Below, one piece after another: positions 15,700-25,043 of a DNA stretch of 48,245 nt. Numbering within the stretch: position 1 is the first letter of the stretch; each line of letters begins with the position of its first letter. A program made the position numbers and the translations under genes. The notes under the pieces are model-generated. The model ran no database searches, was not told the DNA's origin, and worked only from the letters and a program-made list of their open reading frames with translations. Origin of the DNA: Dehalococcoidia bacterium. GTDB taxonomy: Bacteria; Chloroflexota; Dehalococcoidia; UBA2247; RBG-13-53-26. The DNA lies in the NCBI GenBank assembly GCA_016932645.1, contig JAFGCL010000066.1, positions 1-48,245 of the forward strand, in the 5' to 3' direction.

Positions 15700-18261
15700 G
15701 TGAAGTTCGACAGAGCGAGCGTCAAGACCGGGAGAGGCAGGCTTGTGGCACTATTGACAGCCACTGCTTTGCTTATAACCATGATTCCTCTCTTGATGGC
15801 TCTCGTCGAAGACCATGATTCGGGTGACCAGTCAAATACGTCGCCACTGGTTCAGTTGACCCCGCATTTCCCGGTCGCTACAAACAGCCTGTTCTGCTCC
15901 ATCATGGCACCGGGATCAGACACGAACGAAGGCAGTCTGATCTGTGACTATGCCTGGTACAAGGATGGGGTGCTGCAGCCCCAGTTCACTGGCGATACTG
16001 TAGACGGTAGCTATACGGCCAAGGGGCAGACGTGGAGATGCATTGTCACTTTCAACAATGGTAGAGGCATATGCACAGGTTTCGATGAGGTTACCGTTGG
16101 CAACAGCCCGCCTACAGCCCCGGTGGCAGATGTGATCCCTGATATGGCATATGGCGGGGATGACCTCGTGTGCGCCATCAAGACCCCGAGCTTTGATGCG
16201 GACGGGGACGTCATAACCTATACGTATGCCTGGTACAAGGACGGCGTGCTGCAGCCCAATCTGACCGGCGACACTGTAGCCGCCAGCTACACGTCAAGGG
16301 GAGAGACTTGGAGATGCGCAGTCACTGCCAGCGATGCTGAAAGCGCTGTCGCAGGCAGCTTCGATGAGGTCAGCATACCCAGCGGAAACAATCCACCGAG
16401 CGCCCCGGTTGTTGCCATTTCCCCGGTACTCCCGACTTCCACGGACAGCCTGCTGTGCTCTCTGAAAGTAGAGAGCACAGACCTGGACGGGGACCCTGTG
16501 ACCTACACGTATGCCTGGTACAAGGACGGCGTTCTGCAGCCTCACTTGACTGGAAATACTGTCAAGGCCAGCTATACGGTCAGGGGAGAGACGTGGAAGT
16601 GCGTGGTCACCGTCAGCGATGGCCAGGGTGGCAGTGCTGGCGGCTTCTGTGAAGCCACCATCCACAACTGTCCTCCGTCGCCTCCACTGATTGCAATCTC
16701 CCCGGATGAGCCGCTCACGATAGACAACCTGGAGTGCTCCATCACGCTAGCCAGTTCAGATGCGGACGGGGATGCCATAAGCTACACCTATGCCTGGTAC
16801 AAAGACGGTATCCTGCAGCCTCAATTCACGGGCAGTTCGGTTGACTCGAGTTACACGTCCTTGTGGGAAACGTGGAAATGCGCCGTGACAGCCAGTGATG
16901 GTAGAGATAGCAGTGTTCGCACCGACGAAGTCAGCATCACCGGCGAGATGAAAGCGCTGTACGTGTGGTCCTGGAGTTGGCAGTTGTTCGACAAGGTGGC
17001 TGAAGGGCAGTACTTCCTTGATATCTGCAGCGAGGAAGGCATCAACACCGCCTTTGTCGCCGCGGGTGACAGCGATGTTCAGGATTTGATCCAGAACTCC
17101 CCGGCGAAGATCCGGAGATTCATTCAGGACGCGAACGCCAGTGGCGTCCGGGTCTACGCGCTGCTGGCCAGGATGGACTACGGGGTGGAGGCGGCATTGC
17201 AGCCCAGTGTGGAAGCCATACTGAAGTACAACCACGACAACCCTGACTGCAAGTTCGAGGGCATCCACTTCGACCTCGAGCCGCCCGGAGGCTCGTCGCT
17301 ATCCCAGCACGCGGCCTACCTGGCGGAATGCACCACCTTCTTCCAACATTTGAAGACGTGGTCCTATGATGGGGAGAATGTAGCCAGCCAGGATGTCGCC
17401 CTGGGCATGTTTGTCGACCCGAGGTGGAGCAGTTCTGCATGCGCGGCGAACTACAGCAGCCTGGTGAGGGGACTGGACTATATGGACATCGCGGCCTACC
17501 GTGCGCCTCCGGAGACCGGCATAGCCAGCGTACAGGGATGTGTTGATCTTACGGTGGCTGAGGGCAAGCCCTTTGACATTGCCCTGGAGACGGCGGAGTT
17601 CCCCTACAATAGCGATGGTGCTACCACCTACTACGAGGAGGGTAGGGCAGGGCTGGAGAACTGTATGTCGGTGATGAGGGAGTACTACAAGACCAACTAT
17701 GCGGATTATTGCCTGGGGTTCGCCATCCATCACTACGAGAACTCCATACAGGCATTGCATATCATCAAGTTAGTCCAGTGGCCGTCAGGAACATATGGCG
17801 TGGGGAGCAGTGTGTCGGCCACGGTGACGCTTCACCCGTCTGACTACTACTACTGGAGGGCGTACGGCGTGAAGCTGGAAGTGAGGGACAGTGCGGGCAC
17901 CATCTGGGTGATATCGAGGATCATCTGCATGCACTACTCCTCGAACACCAGGGAGGTGACACTGACGTGGACGGTCCCGTCGGCAGCGGCGAAGGGCAGT
18001 TGCGATGTGAGAGTAAGCCTCTGGGATGTGGACCTTCATGACGAAGGCCATTATTCCAAGCTATGGTACTCGGACTTCTCCTCAACGTACTATGGGGACT
18101 CTGCCGGCCAGAAGGCTGCACTTGAGGCGTATTCCATGGAGAGCCTCGCAGCCCTGACGTACCGACCGGCCGACCCGGCACAGGCCTTGACAGGCAAGAG
18201 AGACCCGTTCATCGAGCTGCAGAGCTCCGGCTGGAGTGAAGACCTGTTCAACGTTACCTAG
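15700..18261 (+). CDS. secreted/membrane-anchored repeat protein: 4 x ~93-aa Cys-pair/DxDGD repeats plus a ~440-aa C-terminal domain (paralogue of 35845..39057)
   Basis: 853-aa ORF with a GTG start and GAGG 5 nt upstream. A basic N-terminus is followed by the hydrophobic segment LVALLTATALLITMIPLLMAL. Four tandem units and a C-terminal region are clearly homologous to the 1070-aa protein (shared motifs GINT, FDLEP, DPRW, DSAGT-W, LTGKR). Confidence 0.9.
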   Translation: MKFDRASVKTGRGRLVALLTATALLITMIPLLMALVEDHDSGDQSNTSPLVQLTPHFPVATNSLFCSIMAPGSDTNEGSLICDYAWYKDGVLQPQFTGDTVDGSYTAKGQTWRCIVTFNNGRGICTGFDEVTVGNSPPTAPVADVIPDMAYGGDDLVCAIKTPSFDADGDVITYTYAWYKDGVLQPNLTGDTVAASYTSRGETWRCAVTASDAESAVAGSFDEVSIPSGNNPPSAPVVAISPVLPTSTDSLLCSLKVESTDLDGDPVTYTYAWYKDGVLQPHLTGNTVKASYTVRGETWKCVVTVSDGQGGSAGGFCEATIHNCPPSPPLIAISPDEPLTIDNLECSITLASSDADGDAISYTYAWYKDGILQPQFTGSSVDSSYTSLWETWKCAVTASDGRDSSVRTDEVSITGEMKALYVWSWSWQLFDKVAEGQYFLDICSEEGINTAFVAAGDSDVQDLIQNSPAKIRRFIQDANASGVRVYALLARMDYGVEAALQPSVEAILKYNHDNPDCKFEGIHFDLEPPGGSSLSQHAAYLAECTTFFQHLKTWSYDGENVASQDVALGMFVDPRWSSSACAANYSSLVRGLDYMDIAAYRAPPETGIASVQGCVDLTVAEGKPFDIALETAEFPYNSDGATTYYEEGRAGLENCMSVMREYYKTNYADYCLGFAIHHYENSIQALHIIKLVQWPSGTYGVGSSVSATVTLHPSDYYYWRAYGVKLEVRDSAGTIWVISRIICMHYSSNTREVTLTWTVPSAAAKGSCDVRVSLWDVDLHDEGHYSKLWYSDFSSTYYGDSAGQKAALEAYSMESLAALTYRPADPAQALTGKRDPFIELQSSGWSEDLFNVT
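15841..16947 (+). repeat. 4 tandem coding repeats (~280 bp / ~93 aa each)
   Basis: Repeat core L-x-C...(S)SD-x-DGD-x-(I/V)-(T/S)-YTYAWYKDG(V/I)LQP...TG-x-(T/S)V...SYT...(G/W)ETW(K/R)C-x-VT. The first unit is degenerate and lacks DxDGD. Confidence 0.9.
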
Positions 18262-18389
18262 TACAGACACACCGTCTTCGTGTCCCATACCATGCTACCC
18301 TCCCCAGTGGTCCTGTTTGCCGTATACTGATGTTCGTTGACCGACGAGGAGCAATGCACCGTGATGCTTAGGCATGAAGGTTCTGACCG

Positions 18390-19118
18390 ATGAGCAGGTT
18401 GGTCGTGACTACGAGCTGGGACGATGGCGGCAAAGAGGACCTCAGACTCAGTGAACTGCTGGCTGAGTACGGTATCAGGGGGACCTTCTACATTCCCAAG
18501 ACTCATCAGAAGGCTGAGCCTCTGCGGGAAGAAGAGATACTGGCCGTAGCGGAGAAACATGAGATCGGCGCCCATACTTTGGATCATGTTGACCTGACCG
18601 GCATTCCTGCGGAGCAGGCTCAGGCTGAGATTGCGGGCTCCAAGGCGTATTTGGAGGACATCCTGGGCAAGAGCGTCAGGATGTTCTGCTACCCCTATGG
18701 ACGATACAATGCCCGAACAAAGGAAATCGTGGCAAGCTGCGGATTCGCCGGAGCCAGGACTCTCAGGTACACCAAGCTGGGGACCGTAACTGACCCTTAT
18801 GAATTCGGTGTGACGCTTCACGCTTCAAACAGTTCACCTCGCACCACTCTCAGGATCTGGCGCGCTTATGGAACATCGCTCAGATCCCTGCTGGATTGGG
18901 AGAATCGGGCGAAGGCTCTCTTCCAACTGGCGCTGGCAGAAGGCGGTGTCTGGCACCTGTGGGGGCATTCCTGGGAGATCAACCGTGCGCATGAATGGGA
19001 CAAGCTGGAGAGGGTGCTGGACTGCGTCTCGAAGAGAGACGGGGTCCGCTACGCCACGAACTCCGAGGCCGTTGACATCTGCCTGGCCGAGACTGGGCAG
19101 GTTCCCCGCAGCCCCTGA
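18390..19118 (+). CDS. polysaccharide deacetylase (NodB homology domain, CE4-like)
   Basis: 242-aa ORF with TSWDDGG (Asp-Asp motif), GAHTLDH (H-x-x-x-H metal motif) and FCYPYGRYN. Confidence 0.85.
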   Translation: MSRLVVTTSWDDGGKEDLRLSELLAEYGIRGTFYIPKTHQKAEPLREEEILAVAEKHEIGAHTLDHVDLTGIPAEQAQAEIAGSKAYLEDILGKSVRMFCYPYGRYNARTKEIVASCGFAGARTLRYTKLGTVTDPYEFGVTLHASNSSPRTTLRIWRAYGTSLRSLLDWENRAKALFQLALAEGGVWHLWGHSWEINRAHEWDKLERVLDCVSKRDGVRYATNSEAVDICLAETGQVPRSP

Positions 19119-19195
19119 AACCCCGGTCGAATGGGTGCGGGACTCACCGGGTTCGTCCGCGCCATCGGTTAGACGTTGGATGGGGGTGTTGGGCA

Positions 19196-21097
19196 CTATC
19201 TGACAAGGTATGCATAAGCGCTGACTGTCCCGCAATCGTAGACCTGGGAGAACCCCTGTTCTTTGAGTACTTGCCGAGGGTCATAGTCGAGCTTGTAAAT
19301 CTCAGGCAAGTAGAAAGGCTTCTCCAGGATCTCCTGCCGAATGACAACCACCTGATCTCTACGATTGCTGAAGTCCTTGTTGATGAAGTCAGTGCTCAGG
19401 CTCTGCTTCACGCCGGCGGTCTTGGGCGGAGGAAAGACGTCGCTGTAGTAGCCGTCTGATGCGACATTGGCAGACCATGTATTGGCTATCGTGGTTGCTG
19501 CCCACAGTTCAGATTCTGTGTAGGCATACCGGACGGTGGTGTTCCTTGATGTGATCGGGTGATCCATGTTCGCCATCGGGCTAACGATCGAGATGAAGCT
19601 CAGCCCCCCAACAATGACTGCCAGAAGGGCGGCCTTCTGAAGGAGGTGGGCCCGTATGCCACCAATCATGAGGAGTCCTGCCCCAGCCGGGATGCCCAGC
19701 AAGAACACTGACATATACTGCCACCTGCTCGACAACACCCCAACTGACGCGGCCACGCTGAAGACCCCTATTGCCAGCAGGACAATCCCGCTGATGGCCA
19801 GGACGAAGCCGTGCCTGTTTCCGAATCTCCTGGAGAAGTAGGCGAGGCATCCCACGAAAGACAGCGCCCAGAAGACGGGCTCCGTGACAGTCCTAAGGAA
19901 GTACTCCCAGAACGGGATGGTGCTCATGTAATCCGCTGATTGCGGAAGGGTCTGCGTCCAGAAATCCGCCGCAAATCCGTAGGCTATCAGCTCCCTCAGG
20001 GTCGTGATCGGATGTGCTGCGCCCACCATCCATGAGAACAACATTGCTGCACTGAACAGGATGCCAACGCCCAAGGCCAAGGGGACTCTGAACTTCTCTT
20101 GGTAGACAATGAGATAGACGTGGTATCCCACCCATGACAGGGCTAGGAACAAGGCCATGCACGCTGCCACCATGGTATGTGTGATGATCAGGATGCCCAT
20201 GAGCAGCATTGCCAAGGCCATCAGGCGAGTCGGGCAGTCCCCTTTGTCTCTGATAAGGAGGTAGACGGAGGGCAGCATGAACACCAAGGCATAGGCGTTG
20301 GGCGACATCCACCAACCCCAGCGCAGGTAGAAGGCCGAGACCCCCACCAAGAGAGCTGCGAGCAGTCCAACCTTGACGCTGGAGATAGACCTGCCCAACA
20401 GGAAGAGGAAGGACAGCCCCACAACGGCGTACATGAGGCTGGCTGAGAGCATGGAGGCCATCTTGTAGTCCAGATCGGCCACCAGCATGGTCGTACCGGT
20501 CGTCAGATGCATGCCCGCGAACGTGGAATAGTACTCGCCCGTCGGTATGTGCTCCCCATCCAGCATTGCCTCGGTGAAGTCTGCGTGGTAGAAGGGATCC
20601 ATTCCCAGGAGGCTGGGGTACAGGACCATGCTGGACCAAATCAGGGCCAGCACCAGGAACACGATCTTCGCCACTGTGAAGTAGGCGTGGCCCTTCTCCG
20701 ATGGCAGCAGCACTACTTCCGCTGCCAGCACGGCACTGGCCAAGGCCACGCAGACAAAGAATGCCCCCGGTCGGCTGTACTGATCGGATCGCAGGGCCAT
20801 GGCTATCAATGCACAGGACATCAGGCTGAAGAACAAGATGTTCAGAAGCAGGTAGATTGACCGGCTGCCGCGCTGCTCTGTGACCGGTTGTGCCCTGAGC
20901 GCAGAGACGGCGCGCTTCTTCAGCACCAGATAGCCCAGACACGCAGCGAAAGCAAACCCTGCGAAGATGGGGTAGAACCGATTGGTCATAGTGATTGCCA
21001 GCCAAGCTGTCAACTCCAGCCCGGCAAACGCTCCAACGACAGCCAAGAGCGTGTCGATGTCTACCGCTATACGTCTCTCTGGCTTCTGTTCCATCAC
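19196..21097 (-). CDS. large polytopic membrane protein with C-terminal extracytoplasmic domain (candidate GT-C/polymerase-like; function unassigned)
   Basis: 633-aa ORF with more than 12 hydrophobic helices by eye and a ~120-aa soluble C-terminus. The same-strand alternative frame 19893..21113 is Arg/Gly/Pro-rich nonsense. The start may be ATG 21094 rather than GTG 21097. Confidence 0.75.
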   Translation of the reverse strand: MMEQKPERRIAVDIDTLLAVVGAFAGLELTAWLAITMTNRFYPIFAGFAFAACLGYLVLKKRAVSALRAQPVTEQRGSRSIYLLLNILFFSLMSCALIAMALRSDQYSRPGAFFVCVALASAVLAAEVVLLPSEKGHAYFTVAKIVFLVLALIWSSMVLYPSLLGMDPFYHADFTEAMLDGEHIPTGEYYSTFAGMHLTTGTTMLVADLDYKMASMLSASLMYAVVGLSFLFLLGRSISSVKVGLLAALLVGVSAFYLRWGWWMSPNAYALVFMLPSVYLLIRDKGDCPTRLMALAMLLMGILIITHTMVAACMALFLALSWVGYHVYLIVYQEKFRVPLALGVGILFSAAMLFSWMVGAAHPITTLRELIAYGFAADFWTQTLPQSADYMSTIPFWEYFLRTVTEPVFWALSFVGCLAYFSRRFGNRHGFVLAISGIVLLAIGVFSVAASVGVLSSRWQYMSVFLLGIPAGAGLLMIGGIRAHLLQKAALLAVIVGGLSFISIVSPMANMDHPITSRNTTVRYAYTESELWAATTIANTWSANVASDGYYSDVFPPPKTAGVKQSLSTDFINKDFSNRRDQVVVIRQEILEKPFYLPEIYKLDYDPRQVLKEQGFSQVYDCGTVSAYAYLVR

Positions 21098-21377
21098 TCA
21101 GTCCCAGCAACACAGGAGGCCGGCGAGAGGCCTGGCCGGCTTGGCGCGGGGTCAGGCGTCAGCAGCGGATCAAAGGCTGGCTGAGGCACTTTCTGCGTTG
21201 CCGTTTCCCTCTGTGGCAGCCAGGCGCGTGACTCCGGCACAACGCCAGTAATATACATCCTACACCCTGGGGATTCAATGCAACCGGTTTGCCGTATTCT
21301 CGACAGAGTGCGCTGAATCTGTAGTATGATATGCTCTGGCACACTAGCCACTGTAGCTGAAACGGCAGGCAGAGACA

Positions 21378-22829
21378 TTGAAGTGCATGTTGCTGAATCT
21401 ACCCAGCCCTCGTGGGCGCAACATATACAGGGGCTACGCCGGTGATTTCGGATTGGCAGGAACAATAGCAGACGAGACCTTGCTGCCAATCCACCTGGCA
21501 TATGGCGCTTCTGCTGCCAAGAGACAGGGTTGCGAGTACGATGTCGCAGACGCTCAGGTGCTGAGATACGGTTCTTCTCAAGCGGTGGATGTGGTGAGGA
21601 GAAGCACCCCCGATATTCTCGTGTCCTGGCTGGCGCTTCCCTCGCTCCATGATGATCTGGCGCTTCTGGACGAAATCAAGAGAGCGGTCCCTGGCGTCGT
21701 TGTGGTTGCTCTGGGGGCGGTATGCAATGTGATGCCAGAGGAGGTACTCCTCAAGAGCAATGTGGATATGGCGGTCTGCGGCTGGTATCCCCACTACAAT
21801 CTGATATCGCAGGCAATCCAGGTGCTGCGAAGCAGCGGACCGGGCCAGGCTGCATTTGACAAGATTGGTGGCGCCAGATACCTCAAACAGGGGCAGATGG
21901 TCCAGAGTCCCATTGAACCCTGTGAAGAGACCCTGGACGAGCTGGCATTGGACGTCTACCGCCAGCTCCCAATACAGAAGTATCTGAGAGATGTTCCGGA
22001 CATCAGGGGTTCGACAATCAAGTGCATTTCCATAGCCACCAGCACAGGTTGCCCGTATGCCTGCATGTATTGCCCCTATCCCATAGGGTATGGAAGGAAG
22101 GTAACTCACAAGTCCATCCCGCGCATACTTGATGAGTTAGAGTCCCTGAAGACCAACTTTGCTGTCACTGGGTTCTCTTTCAGAGACCAGCTCTTCACAC
22201 ACAACAAACAGAGGGTGGAAGACCTCTGCGATGAAATGGTCAGGCGAGACCTGAACGTCAAATGGCATGTTGAGGCACGTGCGGATGAGGTCACTGATGG
22301 ACTTCTGACGAAAATGAGACGGGCGGGCTGTTTCCGGATTCACTATGGCGTTGAAACGGGGTCGCCGGAAATGCTGCGGAAGACGGGGAAGCCGGGGTTG
22401 GAGATAGATATGGCAAAGAAGGCGTTCAAGATGACTAAGGAAATGGGTATTGCCACTACAGCACACATGATGCTGGGATTGCCGGGAGAGAACCAGGAGA
22501 CTCTGAAGATATCCCTTGATCTACTGTGCCAAATCAACCCGGATGTTGCCAGCCTGAATGTGACCACACCGTACCCGGGGACGAAGTTGTTTCGCATGGC
22601 AGACGAGAAAGGCTGGCTGTCAACCCGTGACTGGTCAAGATACACCAGCTTTGATGCTATCATGAGGACAGACGAGCTGACTACCGCTCAATTGTCGGAA
22701 GCCAGGAAGGTGATGAGGAGGAGATTCCGCAATTTCAAACTGCGGCACGACTCTGAGTATCGGAGGCTGTACTTGAAGGCCTTGCCGAAGGCTGTTCTTG
22801 GCCGTCTGGCGTCGCTCTTTCGGTCCTGA
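21378..22829 (+). CDS. radical SAM enzyme with N-terminal B12-binding-like domain
   Basis: CxxxCxxC cluster motif in TSTGCPYACMYCPYP, preceded by a ~200-aa Rossmann-like N-terminal domain as in class B radical SAM enzymes. The start is TTG 21378 or ATG 21387. Confidence 0.8.
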   Translation: MKCMLLNLPSPRGRNIYRGYAGDFGLAGTIADETLLPIHLAYGASAAKRQGCEYDVADAQVLRYGSSQAVDVVRRSTPDILVSWLALPSLHDDLALLDEIKRAVPGVVVVALGAVCNVMPEEVLLKSNVDMAVCGWYPHYNLISQAIQVLRSSGPGQAAFDKIGGARYLKQGQMVQSPIEPCEETLDELALDVYRQLPIQKYLRDVPDIRGSTIKCISIATSTGCPYACMYCPYPIGYGRKVTHKSIPRILDELESLKTNFAVTGFSFRDQLFTHNKQRVEDLCDEMVRRDLNVKWHVEARADEVTDGLLTKMRRAGCFRIHYGVETGSPEMLRKTGKPGLEIDMAKKAFKMTKEMGIATTAHMMLGLPGENQETLKISLDLLCQINPDVASLNVTTPYPGTKLFRMADEKGWLSTRDWSRYTSFDAIMRTDELTTAQLSEARKVMRRRFRNFKLRHDSEYRRLYLKALPKAVLGRLASLFRS

Positions 22830-22875
22830 GGGATGAAATGAAATCTGCTGGAATGGCTGTATTGGTGTCAGGAGC

Positions 22876-24099
22876 ATGAAAACTAGAGGCCTTGGCAAAG
22901 CCCTGTATGCGGCGAGACTATATCCTCGTTGGAGGAAGTGCCTCGGCTACAAGCCGCTATTGCTCAAGCTTCTGGTAACCAGCCGGTGCAATTCCCGCTG
23001 CATGCACTGCAACATATGGAGACTCACCAAGGAAAGACCTCAGGTAGTGAAAGATGAGCTATCCACGCAGCAGTGGACGGGCTTGCTGGGAGAGCTCTCT
23101 GAGATGGGGACTGAGGCGGTGTTCATCTCCGGAGGTGAACCCCTGCTTCGCAGAGACACAGTGGAGATAGTGAGGTTTGCCAAGAAGAAAGGCATGCATG
23201 TCGAAATGGTGACCAATGGGACATTGGTCACGGAAGACCTGGCCAAGGATCTGGTGTTATCAGGGATGGACATCATCGACTTCTCCCTCGATGGCCCTTC
23301 GTCGAAGATCCACGCGGAATTCCGGGGGGTAGACGGGGCTTGGGAGAGAACAACGAAAGGAATAGAACTGCTGAGTCAGGCCAGGAAGAAACTCGGTGTT
23401 CAGAAGCCGGTCATTCAGGTCAGTTACCCGGTGTCGACCATAACCCATCAGCATATCGAACAGGTTATCGGCCTCAAGGCGAGCTTGGGCTATGATACTC
23501 TGCATTTCAATCCGATCATAGGCAAGACACCGGGGGCTCGTTCCATCTTCATGAGTGACGAAGATCTTCGCAACCTTGAGTCACGGTTGGATTCAATTAC
23601 CGTCGCCTTCCAGAATGCTGGCATGTCGAGTTCACCTGTTTGGAACCTGGTCAGGATGTGCCGGAATGTGGAAGCCGCAAAGGGGGGAAAGTACGCTGAG
23701 TCGTTCATCAGGAAGGTCCTCTGCTTCGCTCCGTGGGAAGAGGTGACCGTCGATCCTTTCGGAAACGTCTACCCGTGTCCCTATGCTTGTCCATTTCAGA
23801 ACCTGTCGGAAGACCTGGAGCACTGCTTCTGGGGGACGGGCGATTTCAAGATGGGGAATGTCAAGAGTAATCGATTCAGCGAAATATGGGACGGCGACAG
23901 CTATCGGCGATTCCGGAAGAACCTGCAGAAGGTGCCCTCGCTCCCATTCTGTGCTTGGTGCTGCGAGGCCACTCTCAGAGACGCTGTCTTGACGGGGCTC
24001 TTCAAGGACCGATCACTGCTGTTCAAGATTGCTCTCTCCCGTTTGCGACACCGATCTGGAAGATCAGAACGGACGGAATGGGAGTTCCTTTACAACTAG
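22876..24099 (+). CDS. radical SAM enzyme with C-terminal SPASM-like Cys-rich domain
   Basis: CxxxCxxC motif in TSRCNSRCMHCNIW. C-terminal cysteines lie in CFAPWEEVTVDPFGNVYPCPYACPF and FCAWCCE, typical of SPASM/twitch auxiliary cluster domains. Confidence 0.85.
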   Translation: MKTRGLGKALYAARLYPRWRKCLGYKPLLLKLLVTSRCNSRCMHCNIWRLTKERPQVVKDELSTQQWTGLLGELSEMGTEAVFISGGEPLLRRDTVEIVRFAKKKGMHVEMVTNGTLVTEDLAKDLVLSGMDIIDFSLDGPSSKIHAEFRGVDGAWERTTKGIELLSQARKKLGVQKPVIQVSYPVSTITHQHIEQVIGLKASLGYDTLHFNPIIGKTPGARSIFMSDEDLRNLESRLDSITVAFQNAGMSSSPVWNLVRMCRNVEAAKGGKYAESFIRKVLCFAPWEEVTVDPFGNVYPCPYACPFQNLSEDLEHCFWGTGDFKMGNVKSNRFSEIWDGDSYRRFRKNLQKVPSLPFCAWCCEATLRDAVLTGLFKDRSLLFKIALSRLRHRSGRSERTEWEFLYN

Positions 24100-24129
24100 A
24101 TCGCTGATATATATACTTTGCTATCTGTG

Positions 24130-24148
24130 GCCAGTCTCAACTGGCTTT
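24130..24148 (+). terminator. weak intrinsic terminator candidate
   Basis: GCCAGT-ctca-ACTGGC (6-bp perfect stem) followed by TTT, 31 nt after the stop at 24099. The stem and T-run are both short. Confidence 0.3.
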
Positions 24149-24281
24149 GATGCTGAATATCACTGAACACCGGAATCTGGTAGATGGGATACTGCCATGG
24201 CGAAGAAGCACCTGATGAGAGGCTCTACTCACAAATAGGCAAGACATTGAGTACTGGCTCGGGGTAGTGTGAGGGATTGGC

Positions 24282-25043
24282 ATGCAGGTGGAATCGCAGA
24301 AAGACCGCATATGCGCTGGGGCCCCGTGTACCCTTGAACACGAGAAGACACTGGGCAAGAGGTTCCGCTTCATGAAGAAGAACGTGCTTCCTGCTGAAAG
24401 GCTCCTTGACATTGGTTGTGGATTTGGGTGCTACCATTTGGATGAGATAGCGAAGGAGGTTGTTGGGGTCGATATCTCGAGAGAGTATCTACACTTGGCT
24501 AGCCACAATGGCTTGGCTGCGATCCAGAGTAGCGCCGAGTCGCTGGCATTCAGGGATGGCGTTTTTGATGCAGTCACCTGCATAGAGACTATTGAGCACA
24601 TTCCAGATGACGAAAAGGCAATAAGAGAGATTTGGAGAGTACTGAGGCCCGGTGGGACTCTGGCCATCACTGGCCCGAACAGCATCTTTCCGTCGGAGAC
24701 CCACGTGATGGGTGGTAAAGGGGAGAAGTTGGGGATCTCACCGTTGCGTAGACTGAGGATTGTCCCACGCAGACTTAGGAAGACTGTCAAATTGGCTAGA
24801 GACTACAGACCGGTTGAAATGAAGAGGCTGCTGACTAGGAACGGTTTCCAAATCGCGAGGGTTGACTACTTGATGCCAACCTTTGATTTTGTAGGTGTTC
24901 CGTTCCTCGGCATTGTCGAGCGTATCTTGGCAATTGGCGAATGCCTACCAATCATTAGAACCTTTGGCATGACAATAGCGGTGAGCTGCAGAAAGAGAAT
25001 TCCCAGCACTGAGACCGATCCTCGGTCCAGAGACTCCAGATGA
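24282..25043 (+). CDS. class I SAM-dependent methyltransferase (type 11-like)
   Basis: Motif I LLDIGCGFGCY and a later FDAVTCIETIEHIPD. GAGGG lies 6 nt upstream of the ATG. Confidence 0.85.
   Translation: MQVESQKDRICAGAPCTLEHEKTLGKRFRFMKKNVLPAERLLDIGCGFGCYHLDEIAKEVVGVDISREYLHLASHNGLAAIQSSAESLAFRDGVFDAVTCIETIEHIPDDEKAIREIWRVLRPGGTLAITGPNSIFPSETHVMGGKGEKLGISPLRRLRIVPRRLRKTVKLARDYRPVEMKRLLTRNGFQIARVDYLMPTFDFVGVPFLGIVERILAIGECLPIIRTFGMTIAVSCRKRIPSTETDPRSRDSR

Noticed and set aside
19893-21113. 406-aa same-strand alternative frame inside the polytopic membrane protein gene
   Set aside because: Its composition is Arg/Gly/Pro-rich with no hydrophobic helices. The 633-aa frame gives a coherent multi-helix membrane protein.
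21159-21344. 61-aa Cys-rich ORF (7 Cys) between the membrane protein and the radical-SAM genes, considered as a possible RiPP precursor for the SPASM enzyme
   Set aside because: It has a GTG start with no Shine-Dalgarno, lies on the opposite strand to the radical-SAM genes, and has a basic GC-biased composition typical of spurious ORFs. It could be revisited if conserved in relatives.
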